Source of the DNA: an uncultured Acidimicrobiia bacterium
GTDB taxonomy: Bacteria > Actinomycetota > Acidimicrobiia > Acidimicrobiales > AC-14
NCBI GenBank assembly: GCA_963768975.1
Contig: CAVYKB010000019.1
Coordinates: 198,688 to 262,687 of the forward strand
Reading direction: 5' to 3'
Length of the DNA stretch: 64,000 bases
Below the pieces are notes generated by a model that was not told the DNA's origin, searched no databases, and worked only from the letters and a program-made list of their open reading frames with translations. A program made the translations under genes and the position numbers. This document shows, in pieces, positions 1-8,360 of this stretch; the stretch's first letter is position 1, and each line of letters starts with the position of its first letter.

Positions 1-1992
1 ATCGGTGTGGGCCGGCTGCCGGTCACCCTGGTCACCAACGCCTCCTCCGACGTCCTGGTCGGCGGGACCGTCTTCGACACGGCCACCATCTCCGGCGGCT
101 TCAACCCCACGGGCAGCATTCGCTTCGACCTGTACGGCCCCAACAACGCCACCTGCACGGGCGCTCCGGTGTTCACCTCGACGGTGCCGGTGAACGGCAA
201 CGGCAATTACACCTCCGGGTCCTTCACCCCCAGCCAGCCCGGCATCTACCGCTTCGTCGCCACCTACAGCGGCGATACCAACAACGCCGGCGTCACAACC
301 GCCTGTGACGACCCGCTCGAGCAGGTCGAGGTCAGCACCGTCCCGATCATCCGGGTGGACAAGACAGCCAACCCCACCTCCGTCGTGGCCCCGGGCGCCA
401 ACGTGGTCTTCGACGTGGTGGTGACCAACACCACGAACGTGGCTCTCACCATCCGCAGCCTGGTCGACAACGTCTACGGTGACCTCACCCAGCGGGCCGG
501 CTCCACCTGCGCCAGCGCCATCGGCACGGTGCTCCAGCCCGCACCCGGGCCGGGCAACACCTACAGCTGCCGCTTCACCGCCGCGGTGCAGGGCGCGGCG
601 GGCACGAGCCACACCAACATCGTCACCGTCACCGCCACCGACAGCACCGGCCGCACCGTCACCGACGACGACGACGCGGTGGTCACCATCACCGCGGTGC
701 CGCCCACGATCACCAGCACCAAGACGGCGACGCCGGTGAGCCGGCCGGAGCCGGGCGGCACGTTCACCTTCACCTTCTCGGTGACGAACACCGGGCCCAA
801 CCCGGTCACGATCACGTCGCTGGTCGACAACATCTACGGCGACCTCAACGGCCGGGGCACCTGCGCCGTCGGCGCCGTCCTGGCCACCAACGCCACCTAC
901 ACCTGCAGCTTCACCGGGAACTTCACCGGCAACGCCGGCGCCTCCCAGACCGACGTCATCACCGTGACGGCCCGTGACAACCTCGGCCAGACGGTGACGT
1001 CGCAGTCCCAGGCCACGGTGACCATCACCGACGTGCCCCCCACCATCACGGTCACCAAAACGCCAAACCCGATCAGCCGGCCGGCGCCGGGCGGCACCTT
1101 CCGGTTCACCGTGGTCGTCACCAACACCAGCGCCGAACCCGTGACCATCACCAGGCTGGTCGACGACATCTACGGAGACTTCAACGGCCGGGGCAGCTGT
1201 GCGGTCGGCATCGTCCTCGCCCCTGGCGCCAGCTACAGCTGCGCCTTCGACGGCGAGTTCCGGGGCCAGGCCGGCGCATCGCAGACCGACACGGTGACGG
1301 TCACCGCCGTCGACAACGACAACACGCCGGTGACGGCGACCGCCAAGGCGACGGTGACCCTGACCCCGGTCGGCATTCCGCCGGTGGTCACGCCGCCGCC
1401 TCCCGTGCCCCAGCCCCCGATCGTGATCCAGACGCCGCCGCAGATCCTGGTGCGCACCGGCTCCGAGCTCAGCGACCCCGCTCGCCTCGCCGGCATCCTG
1501 CTGATCCTCGGGATCACCCTCGTGGCGGCAACCCGTAACTTCGGCGGCGGCCCCAGCCTGGCCCTCCTGCCTGTCGGCCCCGGCCGCGGTCCTCGTGGGC
1601 CCTGGTCCGGCGGTGGCGGACCTGGCGGCGGCGGTCATCGCTTCGACGGCGGCCTCGGCGTGCGGCTTCCGCGAGGCCCAGCCGGGGGCTCGAGTGGCGG
1701 CGCAGCCCGGCCGCTCCTGCCGCCGCCGGCGCCGGCGCCCGACCTCGACTGGGACGGCTGGGTGACCGGCCGCCGGCCCCTGGCCCCGCCGCCGCCGGCG
1801 CCTGAACCGGCGGCCGTCGTGGAGCCCGAGCCGGTGGCGGCCGAGGTCGCCCCCGAGGTCGTGGAGGCCACCGTCGTCACCTTCGGGGGGCGCGGCGGTC
1901 TCGACGCCGCCGCCCTCGACGCCGCCGCCGCCCTCACGCCGGCCCCCCGGCCGAGCGGGCCACCGGCGTCGCGGCGGTCCCGCCGGCACTGA
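1..1992 (+). CDS. cell-surface protein, 5'-partial, with three or more DUF11-like Ig-fold repeats, then motif LVRTG, a hydrophobic TM segment and a long Pro/Gly-rich C-terminal tail
   Basis: ORF 7..1992 is in frame from nt 1, with no upstream stop inside the window. The repeats follow the pattern VTKT.NP....PG..V.F.V.VTNTG.....I.SLVD..YGDL. The C-terminus reads QILVRTGSELSDPARLAGILLILGITLVAATRNF. Confidence 0.7.
   Translation: MGVGRLPVTLVTNASSDVLVGGTVFDTATISGGFNPTGSIRFDLYGPNNATCTGAPVFTSTVPVNGNGNYTSGSFTPSQPGIYRFVATYSGDTNNAGVTTACDDPLEQVEVSTVPIIRVDKTANPTSVVAPGANVVFDVVVTNTTNVALTIRSLVDNVYGDLTQRAGSTCASAIGTVLQPAPGPGNTYSCRFTAAVQGAAGTSHTNIVTVTATDSTGRTVTDDDDAVVTITAVPPTITSTKTATPVSRPEPGGTFTFTFSVTNTGPNPVTITSLVDNIYGDLNGRGTCAVGAVLATNATYTCSFTGNFTGNAGASQTDVITVTARDNLGQTVTSQSQATVTITDVPPTITVTKTPNPISRPAPGGTFRFTVVVTNTSAEPVTITRLVDDIYGDFNGRGSCAVGIVLAPGASYSCAFDGEFRGQAGASQTDTVTVTAVDNDNTPVTATAKATVTLTPVGIPPVVTPPPPVPQPPIVIQTPPQILVRTGSELSDPARLAGILLILGITLVAATRNFGGGPSLALLPVGPGRGPRGPWSGGGGPGGGGHRFDGGLGVRLPRGPAGGSSGGAARPLLPPPAPAPDLDWDGWVTGRRPLAPPPPAPEPAAVVEPEPVAAEVAPEVVEATVVTFGGRGGLDAAALDAAAALTPAPRPSGPPASRRSRRH
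340..1370 (+). repeat. three DNA-level tandem repeats of about 330 bp, roughly 80% identical, encoding the DUF11-like domains
   Basis: Compare 721-870 with 1050-1200. The conserved stretch is ...agccggccgg(a/c)gccgggcggcac(g/c)ttc... gtcaccaacacc... ctggtcgac(a/g)acatctacgg. Confidence 0.6.
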
Positions 1993-2120
1993 GCAGCGAC
2001 GAGTCGCCCGACGCCGGCCTCGGCCGGCGCTTCGGGATCGCGGGTGAGCGCACCGACGTCCGGCCCCTCGGACGCGGCCACATCCACCACACGTTCCTCG
2101 CCACCTACGGCGGGGTCCGG

Positions 2121-3023
2121 GTGGTCCACCAGCGGCTGAACGCCTCGGTCTTTCCCGACATCGACACCCTCATGGCCAACGTCGTCCGGGTCACCACCCA
2201 CCTGGGGGCTCGGGCGCCGGGGCCCCGCCACGCCGTGCGCCTCCGCCCGGCCACCGACGGCCGGCCCTACGTCCTCGACGCCAGCGGCGCGCGCTGGCGT
2301 ACGCTCGACTTCATCGAGGGAGCCCGGACCGTCGCCCGCTTCGACGGTCCCGCCCGGGCCACCGAGGCCGCCACCACCGCCGCCCGGCTGGTCGCCGACC
2401 TGGCCGACCTCGCCCCGCTGTTACCCGAGGTCATCCCCCGCTTCCACGACGTCGTGGGCCGTCTCGACGCCCTGGCCGGGGCGGCGGAGGCCGACGCCGC
2501 AGGCCGGGCCGGTGAGTGCCGGGCCGAGGTCGACGCCGTGCTGGCCCGGGCCGGCGTGGCCGCCGAGGTGGCGGCGGCCCGGGCCGACGGCCGCCTCCCC
2601 GAGCGCACCGTCCACAACGACGCCAAGGCCGAGAACCTGCTCTTCGACGAGGTGACCGGCGCCGGCCTGTGCCTGGTCGACCTGGACACCGTCGGCCCCG
2701 GCACCGTCCTGTTCGACGCCGGCGACCTGGTCCGCTCGGGCGCCGCCCGCCTCCCGGAGGACGGGGCTGTGGCCGGCGCCGGCCCCGTCGTCGACCACGA
2801 CGTGGTGGCGGCCATCCTCGACGGCTACGCCCGGGCCGGCGCCGGCTTCCTCACCGCCACGGAGGTCGAGTTGCTGCCCCTCGCCGGCCCCCTGATGGCC
2901 CTGGAGGCCGCGGCCCGCTTCCTCACCGACCACCTCCAGGGCGACGTCTACTTCAAGATCGACGGGCCCGGCCACAACCTGCGCCGGGCCCGCAACCAGC
3001 TGCGCCTGTACGACGCGCTGTGA
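2121..3023 (+). CDS. aminoglycoside-phosphotransferase-fold kinase (APH/choline-kinase-like, possibly a sugar 1-kinase); the true start is probably upstream, near 1989-2030
   Basis: Brenner-type motif VHNDAKAENLLFD followed by DLDT (DxD). The in-frame upstream peptide ...RPLGRGHIHHTFLATYGGVRVV looks like the kinase Gly-rich loop, but it has no ATG/GTG/TTG start. The stop TGA is at 3021-3023. Confidence 0.6.
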   Translation: MVHQRLNASVFPDIDTLMANVVRVTTHLGARAPGPRHAVRLRPATDGRPYVLDASGARWRTLDFIEGARTVARFDGPARATEAATTAARLVADLADLAPLLPEVIPRFHDVVGRLDALAGAAEADAAGRAGECRAEVDAVLARAGVAAEVAAARADGRLPERTVHNDAKAENLLFDEVTGAGLCLVDLDTVGPGTVLFDAGDLVRSGAARLPEDGAVAGAGPVVDHDVVAAILDGYARAGAGFLTATEVELLPLAGPLMALEAAARFLTDHLQGDVYFKIDGPGHNLRRARNQLRLYDAL

Positions 3024-4813
3024 GAGTCGACGCCGGCCGCTGCGCCCGCATCTACGAGCTGGTCGACGGCCGCCCCCGCACCGTGGCCGTGGAGGTCGAC
3101 GGCCGGCGCATCGCCCTCGACGGCCCCGAGCTCACCCTCACCGTCGGCCGCCGGCGCCGGCCCGACACCGAGCTCGAGCCGTCCGGCATCGAGCATGCCG
3201 GTAACCGCCTGTCGTGGGCCCTCACCGGCGCAGACCTGGCCGTGCGCGTGGTGGTGGAGGCCGACCCCGCCGTCGGCGTGGTCCGCAAGTGGGCCGAGGT
3301 GAGCGGCCGGGGCCGGCTGGAGCACGTCGAGCTCGACCGCTGGGCCGACCTCGCGGTCGACGGCCCGACGACGACCGGCGAGCCGGTGCCCTACAACGCC
3401 GGCCCCGTTGGGCTCGGTCAGCCCCTGTTCGGCGACGGGTTCTTTGCCGGCGTCGAGCACCCCATGGCCGAGAACCTCGCCGCCCCTGCGACCTGCGGCC
3501 TCCCCGTCGCCGTCGACCTCGGCCCCGAGCCGTACCGCACGCCCGCCACCGTGCTCGGCGCCGGCGGGCTCGACGACTTCTGGGACTACCTCGACACCCG
3601 CCGCCCCGCCCCGCCCCGCCTCGTCACCCTGACCAACAACTGGTACCACCTGGGCGCGCCCCTCACCATGGACGAAGCGTCCGTGCGGGCCGAGCTCGGC
3701 GGCTTCGCCGGCGTCTCGCAGCGCCACGGCCTGGAGCTCGACTTCGTCGCGCTCGACGACGGCTGGGAGGGCGACTGGGACGCCAGCACCGGCCTGTGGG
3801 GGCGGATGGCGCCGTCCCGCTTCCCGGGGGGCCTGGCTGCGCTGCAACGCAACCCCGACGACCGCATCGGGCTGTGGCTGAGCGCCTTCGGCGGCTACGG
3901 CGCTCGCCGCGACGCCCGCCTGGCCTGGGCGGCCAAGCACGGCTACGAGATCGACCGCCAGGCCAACGTGCTGTGCGCGGCCGGCGCCCGCTACCGGGCC
4001 CACCTGGTCGACGTCCTGACCCGCTTCACCGAGGCCGGCGTGCGCTACTGGAAGCTCGATGGCCTGTCGTTCACCTGCGCCGAGACCGACCACGGCCACG
4101 TCACCGGCGCCGGCGCCCGCACCGCCCTGGCCGACCTGTTCGTCGACCTGGTCCGCACCATCCGCGCTGTGCGCCCTGACGCAGTGGTGGCCTTTACCAT
4201 CGGCTCCCATCCCTCCCCGTGGTGGCTCTCGGCGGTGGACTTCATATGGCGGGGTGGCCTCGACGACACCGCCGCCGGCCAGCCGGGCTCCCGCCTCGAC
4301 CGCTTCGACACCTACATCGACACCTGCCTGCAGGCCTACCGCCCGGCCGCCTTCCCCGTCTCCGCCCTGGCCACCTTCAGCATCGTGGAGTCCGAAGCTG
4401 CGTCCTACCGGGGCGCCGACGCCGGCCCCGACGGCTGGGCCCGGCACTGCTGGCTGGCCGCCGGCCGCGGCACTCTGCACCAGGACCTGTACGTGGCGCC
4501 CGACTCCCTCAGCGAGCCCGAGTGGGCGGCACTGGCCGAAGCCCTGGCCTGGCAACGGAGTAACCAGCACGTGCTGGCCCGCAGCCGCATGGTGCTCGGC
4601 GACCCGTCGGCCGGCGAGCTCTACGGCTTCGTCGCCCGCCGGGGCGGCGAGGCCATCGCCTGCCTCCGCAACCCATCGGACCGCCCCCAGTCGATCGCCC
4701 GGGCGTGGCCCGACCTCCTGGGGTTCAGGCCGGGCAGCCTCACCCTCCGCCACGGCCGGTTGGCCGACATCCTCGACCCCTTGGCAGTGCTGGTCGTCGA
4801 AGCCCGCCGCTAG
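3020..4813 (+). CDS. glycoside hydrolase, GH36-like (alpha-galactosidase / raffinose-family clan GH-D)
   Basis: Motifs FVALDDGWEGDWDASTGLW, IGLWLSAFGG and VRYWKLDGLS, which resembles the KxD nucleophile motif. GTG at 3020 overlaps the kinase stop (GTGA). The 168-aa Arg/Pro-rich N-terminal extension of ORF 2516..4813 was rejected. Confidence 0.55.
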   Translation: MRVDAGRCARIYELVDGRPRTVAVEVDGRRIALDGPELTLTVGRRRRPDTELEPSGIEHAGNRLSWALTGADLAVRVVVEADPAVGVVRKWAEVSGRGRLEHVELDRWADLAVDGPTTTGEPVPYNAGPVGLGQPLFGDGFFAGVEHPMAENLAAPATCGLPVAVDLGPEPYRTPATVLGAGGLDDFWDYLDTRRPAPPRLVTLTNNWYHLGAPLTMDEASVRAELGGFAGVSQRHGLELDFVALDDGWEGDWDASTGLWGRMAPSRFPGGLAALQRNPDDRIGLWLSAFGGYGARRDARLAWAAKHGYEIDRQANVLCAAGARYRAHLVDVLTRFTEAGVRYWKLDGLSFTCAETDHGHVTGAGARTALADLFVDLVRTIRAVRPDAVVAFTIGSHPSPWWLSAVDFIWRGGLDDTAAGQPGSRLDRFDTYIDTCLQAYRPAAFPVSALATFSIVESEAASYRGADAGPDGWARHCWLAAGRGTLHQDLYVAPDSLSEPEWAALAEALAWQRSNQHVLARSRMVLGDPSAGELYGFVARRGGEAIACLRNPSDRPQSIARAWPDLLGFRPGSLTLRHGRLADILDPLAVLVVEARR

Positions 4814-4867
4814 CCGTTCTGGAGAGCCCAGAGCGTCAGAAACGTACCGATTCCATGCCGAGAACGC

Positions 4868-6148
4868 TCAGGCGACGGCGATGTCGGGCGTCTCGTGGGC
4901 CTCGCCCGGCGCCAGCGCCTCTGCCCGCCGGCGGATCCGCACCCGCGACACCGCGGCCAGGGCGGCGGCCAGGCTGAGGGCGCCACCGATGGCCATGCCC
5001 ACCCGCGGCCCCCAGGCCTCGGAGATCCACCCCATCACCGGGCCGCCCAGCGGCGTGCTGCCGGCGAATAGCAGCCCGTAGAGCGCCATGACCCGGCCCC
5101 GCATGGCGGCGTCGGAGTTGAGCTGCAGGGTGGTGTTCGCCGTGGCCATGAAGAGCATCATGGCCATGCCCACCCCGACCAGGAGGACGGCGGCCACCCA
5201 GGCGGTGGGGGCGACGGCGGTGAGCAGGGTGAGCCCGCCGAAGGCCACGCCGGAGCCGACCAGCATGGAGCTGGTGGGCTTGGCCCGGCTGGCTGAGACG
5301 AGGGCGCCGGCCAGCGACCCGAACGACATGAGGGCGGTGAGGGCGCTGTACAGGCCGGCGCCGCCCCCGAAGGTGAACTTGGCCAGCAGGGGGAGCACGA
5401 CGATGAAGTTGAAGCCGAACATCCCGAGCACGCCCACGAGCAGCAGCGTGGACCGCAGCGTGGGGTTGTGCCAGGCGTACAGGAAGCCGGCCCGCACCTC
5501 ACCCTTCTGGCGGCGCGCCGGCTCCCGGCGGAACAGGTCCTCGGTGCGCATCATCATCAGGGCGGCGATCACGGGGAGGAATGACAGGGCGTTGGCGAGG
5601 AACGCCGGCGCCAAGCCCAGGGTGGCGATGGTGACGCCAGCGGCGGTGGGACCGAGGATGCGCCCGGTGTTGAACATGGCGCTGTTGAGGCCGACGGCGT
5701 TCGGGACCTCGTCGGGCCCCACCATCTCGATCACGAAGGCCTGCCGGGTCGGCATGTCGACCATGAACACGATGCCCAGGGCGAACGCCAGCACGTAGAC
5801 CATCCACAGCTCCACCGTGTCGGTGGCCACCAGGCCGTAGAGGATGAGGGCGAGGAGGCCGCCGGCTATCTGCATGGCGATCAGCAGCTTGCGCTTGTCG
5901 GAGCGGTCGGCCAGCAGGCCGCCCCACATCCCGAACAGCAGCATGGGGAGGAACTGGAGGGCGACGGTGACCCCGAGGGCCACGCCGCTGTCGGTGATCT
6001 TCAGGACCAGCCAGCTCTGGGCCACGGTCTGCATCCACGTGCCGGTGACCGAGATGAGCTGGCCGATGAAGAAGAGCCGATAGTTGCGGATGTGGAGGGA
6101 GCGGAAGGTGCGGGCGCGGACGGCCCGCAGGTCAGCGGACCGGATCAC
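4868..6148 (-). CDS. MFS transporter (EntS / multidrug-efflux-like)
   Basis: About 12 TM segments, with N-terminal FRSLHIRNYRLFFIGQLISVTGTWMQ typical of the MFS_1/EntS family. It lies downstream of the MarR gene on the same strand. Confidence 0.8.
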   Translation of the reverse strand: MIRSADLRAVRARTFRSLHIRNYRLFFIGQLISVTGTWMQTVAQSWLVLKITDSGVALGVTVALQFLPMLLFGMWGGLLADRSDKRKLLIAMQIAGGLLALILYGLVATDTVELWMVYVLAFALGIVFMVDMPTRQAFVIEMVGPDEVPNAVGLNSAMFNTGRILGPTAAGVTIATLGLAPAFLANALSFLPVIAALMMMRTEDLFRREPARRQKGEVRAGFLYAWHNPTLRSTLLLVGVLGMFGFNFIVVLPLLAKFTFGGGAGLYSALTALMSFGSLAGALVSASRAKPTSSMLVGSGVAFGGLTLLTAVAPTAWVAAVLLVGVGMAMMLFMATANTTLQLNSDAAMRGRVMALYGLLFAGSTPLGGPVMGWISEAWGPRVGMAIGGALSLAAALAAVSRVRIRRRAEALAPGEAHETPDIAVA

Positions 6149-6209
6149 CGGTCCACCGCCCTTCGGCGGTGCCCCGGTGAGTGCCAGCCGGAGCGGCCTC
6201 CCGGGCCGC

Positions 6210-6653
6210 TCATCGGTCTTCCAGGATCCTCTCCAGGACCTCGGCGGCCTGCTCGAGCACGATGCGGTCCTGCTCCGACAGGGTGCGGAGGCGCTGGGCC
6301 AGGTAGGCGTCCTTCTGCTGGCGGCTGTCCTCGAGGAAGGTGAGGCCGGGGCCGGTGGCCTCCACCCGGGCCACCCGCCGGTCGCTTTGGTCGACGGTGC
6401 GGCTCACCAGTCCCTGCTCCTCGAGGCAGGCCACGATCTTGGTCATGGTCGGCGGCTTGACCCGCTCGACGCTTGACAGCTCGCCCAGGGTCAGAGGACC
6501 CAGGCGCTCGACGCTTGCCAGCGTGGCCAGCTGGGAAGGAGACAGCTCGCCGGGCAGCTGCGTCCGCAGGCGCCGGGCCAGCCGGGTGACGGCCAGGCGG
6601 AGCCGGGACGCCAGTTCGGTGTCCGATACGGAGGGCGGCGAGAGCGGGCTCAT
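6210..6653 (-). CDS. MarR-family transcriptional regulator
   Basis: Winged-helix motif LSPSQLATLASVERLGPLTLGELSSVERVKPPTMTKIVACLEEQGLVSRTVDQSDRRV. Confidence 0.85.
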   Translation of the reverse strand: MSPLSPPSVSDTELASRLRLAVTRLARRLRTQLPGELSPSQLATLASVERLGPLTLGELSSVERVKPPTMTKIVACLEEQGLVSRTVDQSDRRVARVEATGPGLTFLEDSRQQKDAYLAQRLRTLSEQDRIVLEQAAEVLERILEDR

Positions 6654-6665
6654 TGGTTTCCTAAA

Positions 6666-6673
6666 CTAATTAG
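6666..6673. promoter_or_regulatory. 8-bp perfect palindrome CTAATTAG in an AT-rich divergent intergenic region, a candidate MarR operator
   Basis: It is the only low-GC stretch (6654-6709) between the marR start (6653, minus) and the PCD gene start (6710, plus). The palindrome sits 13 bp upstream of marR. Confidence 0.3.
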
Positions 6674-6709
6674 CTCGGTGAAGTATTTCAACCCGATAAA
6701 GATCTGCCC

Positions 6710-6997
6710 GTGGCGGCGCTGTCCGACGAGGAGATCCGGGCCGAACTGGCCGGCGTGCCCGGCTGGGAGGCCGGCGCCGGCGAGATCAGCCGCGAGTACG
6801 AGCTTGACTCCTTCGCCGGCGCCATCGCCTTCGTCGTCCGCCTCTCCTACGCGGCCGAGGCCGCCGACCACCACCCGGACCTCGACATCCGCTACAGCAA
6901 GGTTCGGGTCACCCTGAGCACCCATAGCGAGGGCGGGGTGACGGGCAAGGACCTCGACCTGGCCCGGGCCATCGAGGGTTTCGCCCCGCCGCAGTAG
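6710..6997 (+). CDS. pterin-4a-carbinolamine dehydratase (PCD/DCoH)
   Basis: Conserved E-x-x-x-HHPD motif (AAEAADHHPDLDIRYSKVRVTLSTHS), 95 aa. Confidence 0.85.
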   Translation: MAALSDEEIRAELAGVPGWEAGAGEISREYELDSFAGAIAFVVRLSYAAEAADHHPDLDIRYSKVRVTLSTHSEGGVTGKDLDLARAIEGFAPPQ

Positions 6998-7008
6998 CGT
7001 CCTCGACC

Positions 7009-7545
7009 ATGCCCCTCATCACCGGAATCGTCGGCCCCGTACCCGAGGGGCGCGACCCCGAGGAATACGACAAGCTGCGCCGGCGGGTGATGTGGACGAT
7101 GCCTTCCGGACTGTTCGTCATCGGCAGCCGGGCCGGCGAGCGCCGCAACGCCATGACCGCCAACTGGGTCTCCCAGGTGAGCTCGGATCCCAAGCTGGTG
7201 GCCGTGGCGGTGGAGAAGGAGGCCTTCACCCACGAGCTCATCACCGAGGCTGGCGTCTTCAGCGTCAACATCGTGGACCGGGAGGACCGGGCGATCGTCC
7301 GCAAGTTCACCAAGCCGGTGGAGGTCGAAGGCAACATGCTCAACGGCTTCCCGTACCACGACGGCCCCACCGGCGCCCCCGTCCTCGACCAGGCGGTCGC
7401 CTGGCTCGACTGCCGGGTCCACCGCGCCGTGGACCTGGGCGCACACACCCTGTTCGTCGGCGAGGTGGTCGACGCCGGCTTCCAGAAGCCCGAGGACACC
7501 CCGGTCCTGCGGATGGAGGACACCCGGCTCAACTACGGGGGGTGA
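7009..7545 (+). CDS. flavin reductase-like domain protein (FMN-binding split barrel)
   Basis: Pattern LFVIGSRAGERRNAMTANWVSQVSSDPKLVAVAVEK...SVNIV typical of the Flavin_Reduct family. Confidence 0.8.
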   Translation: MPLITGIVGPVPEGRDPEEYDKLRRRVMWTMPSGLFVIGSRAGERRNAMTANWVSQVSSDPKLVAVAVEKEAFTHELITEAGVFSVNIVDREDRAIVRKFTKPVEVEGNMLNGFPYHDGPTGAPVLDQAVAWLDCRVHRAVDLGAHTLFVGEVVDAGFQKPEDTPVLRMEDTRLNYGG

Positions 7546-8351
7546 GGCTCGCCAGTTTCAACGTCCTGCACGGGCGGTCGCTGGCCGACGGGCAGGTGTC
7601 GACCGAGCGCCTGGTTGCGGCCTGCGCCTCGTTGGAAGCCGACGTGCTGGCCCTCCAGGAGATCGACCGCAACCAGGCCCGCTCGGGGGGCGTCGACCAG
7701 ACCCGGGCGGTGGCCGAGGGCATGGGCGCCGCGGCTTGGCGGTTCGAGCCGGCGCTGATCGGCGAGCCGGGGGCCACCTGGCGGGCCGCCGAGCCTGAGG
7801 ACGACCCCGCCTCGACGGAAACAGGCTCTGCTGGTTTGGCCGGGCAGCAGCCGGGCTATGGCGTCGGCCTGGTGTCGAAGCTGCCGGTCCGCGCCTGGCA
7901 CGTCGTGCGGCTCCGGGCGGCCAAGGTGCGGGCGCCGGTGGCGGTCCCCGGGGGGCGGGGCCGCTTCATCCTCCTGCCCGACGAGCCCCGGGTGGCGCTG
8001 GCCGCCGAGGTCGTCACCGCCGGCGGGCCTCTCGTCGTGGCCACCACCCACCTGTCGTTCGTGCCCGGCTGGAACCTGGTGCAACTGCGCAAGGTCACCG
8101 GCGCCCTCGCCGCCCTCGAGCTCCCGTGCGTCCTCCTGGGCGACCTCAACTTCCCCGGATCCCTGCCCGGTCGGATCGCCGGCTGGCGGTCCCTGGCCCA
8201 GGTCCGCACCTTCCCCGGCGCCAAGCCCTCGATGCAGATCGACCACGCCCTCGGCCACGGGTCACTGCCGGCCGTCGCCGGCGCCAGCGCCCGTGAGCTG
8301 CCCCTTTCGGACCACCGCGCCCTGGTCCTCGAACTGGTGGCGTCCGTCTAA
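7542..8351 (+). CDS. endonuclease/exonuclease/phosphatase (EEP) family protein
   Basis: N-terminus VRLASFNVLHG and C-terminal LSDHRALVLEL, both typical EEP signatures. GTG at 7542 overlaps the upstream stop (GTGA). The 150-aa N-terminal extension of ORF 7092 was rejected as Arg/Gly-rich and out of character. Confidence 0.75.
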   Translation: MRLASFNVLHGRSLADGQVSTERLVAACASLEADVLALQEIDRNQARSGGVDQTRAVAEGMGAAAWRFEPALIGEPGATWRAAEPEDDPASTETGSAGLAGQQPGYGVGLVSKLPVRAWHVVRLRAAKVRAPVAVPGGRGRFILLPDEPRVALAAEVVTAGGPLVVATTHLSFVPGWNLVQLRKVTGALAALELPCVLLGDLNFPGSLPGRIAGWRSLAQVRTFPGAKPSMQIDHALGHGSLPAVAGASARELPLSDHRALVLELVASV

Positions 8352-8360
8352 CGTGGCTCG

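Noticed and set aside
2516-3019. 168-aa N-terminal extension of ORF 2516..4813 (MPGRGRRRAGPGRRG...)
   Set aside because: It is Arg/Pro/Gly-rich nonsense overlapping the kinase gene in another frame. GH36 similarity begins at the GTG at 3020, which overlaps the kinase stop.
2948-4753. 601-aa minus-strand ORF antisense to the GH36-like gene. Similar long antisense ORFs occur at 15471..17555, 23531..25687, 34791..37373, 40066..41607, 41424..42836, 55093..56214, 56808..58058 and 58172..59728.
   Set aside because: They have extreme Gly/Arg/Ala/Pro composition and no motifs, and they run exactly antisense to well-supported genes. This is the usual high-GC artefact.
7092-7541. 150-aa N-terminal extension of the EEP ORF
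   Set aside because: It is an Arg/Gly-rich out-of-character sequence overlapping the flavin reductase. The conserved EEP N-terminus (VRLASFNVLHG) starts at 7542.
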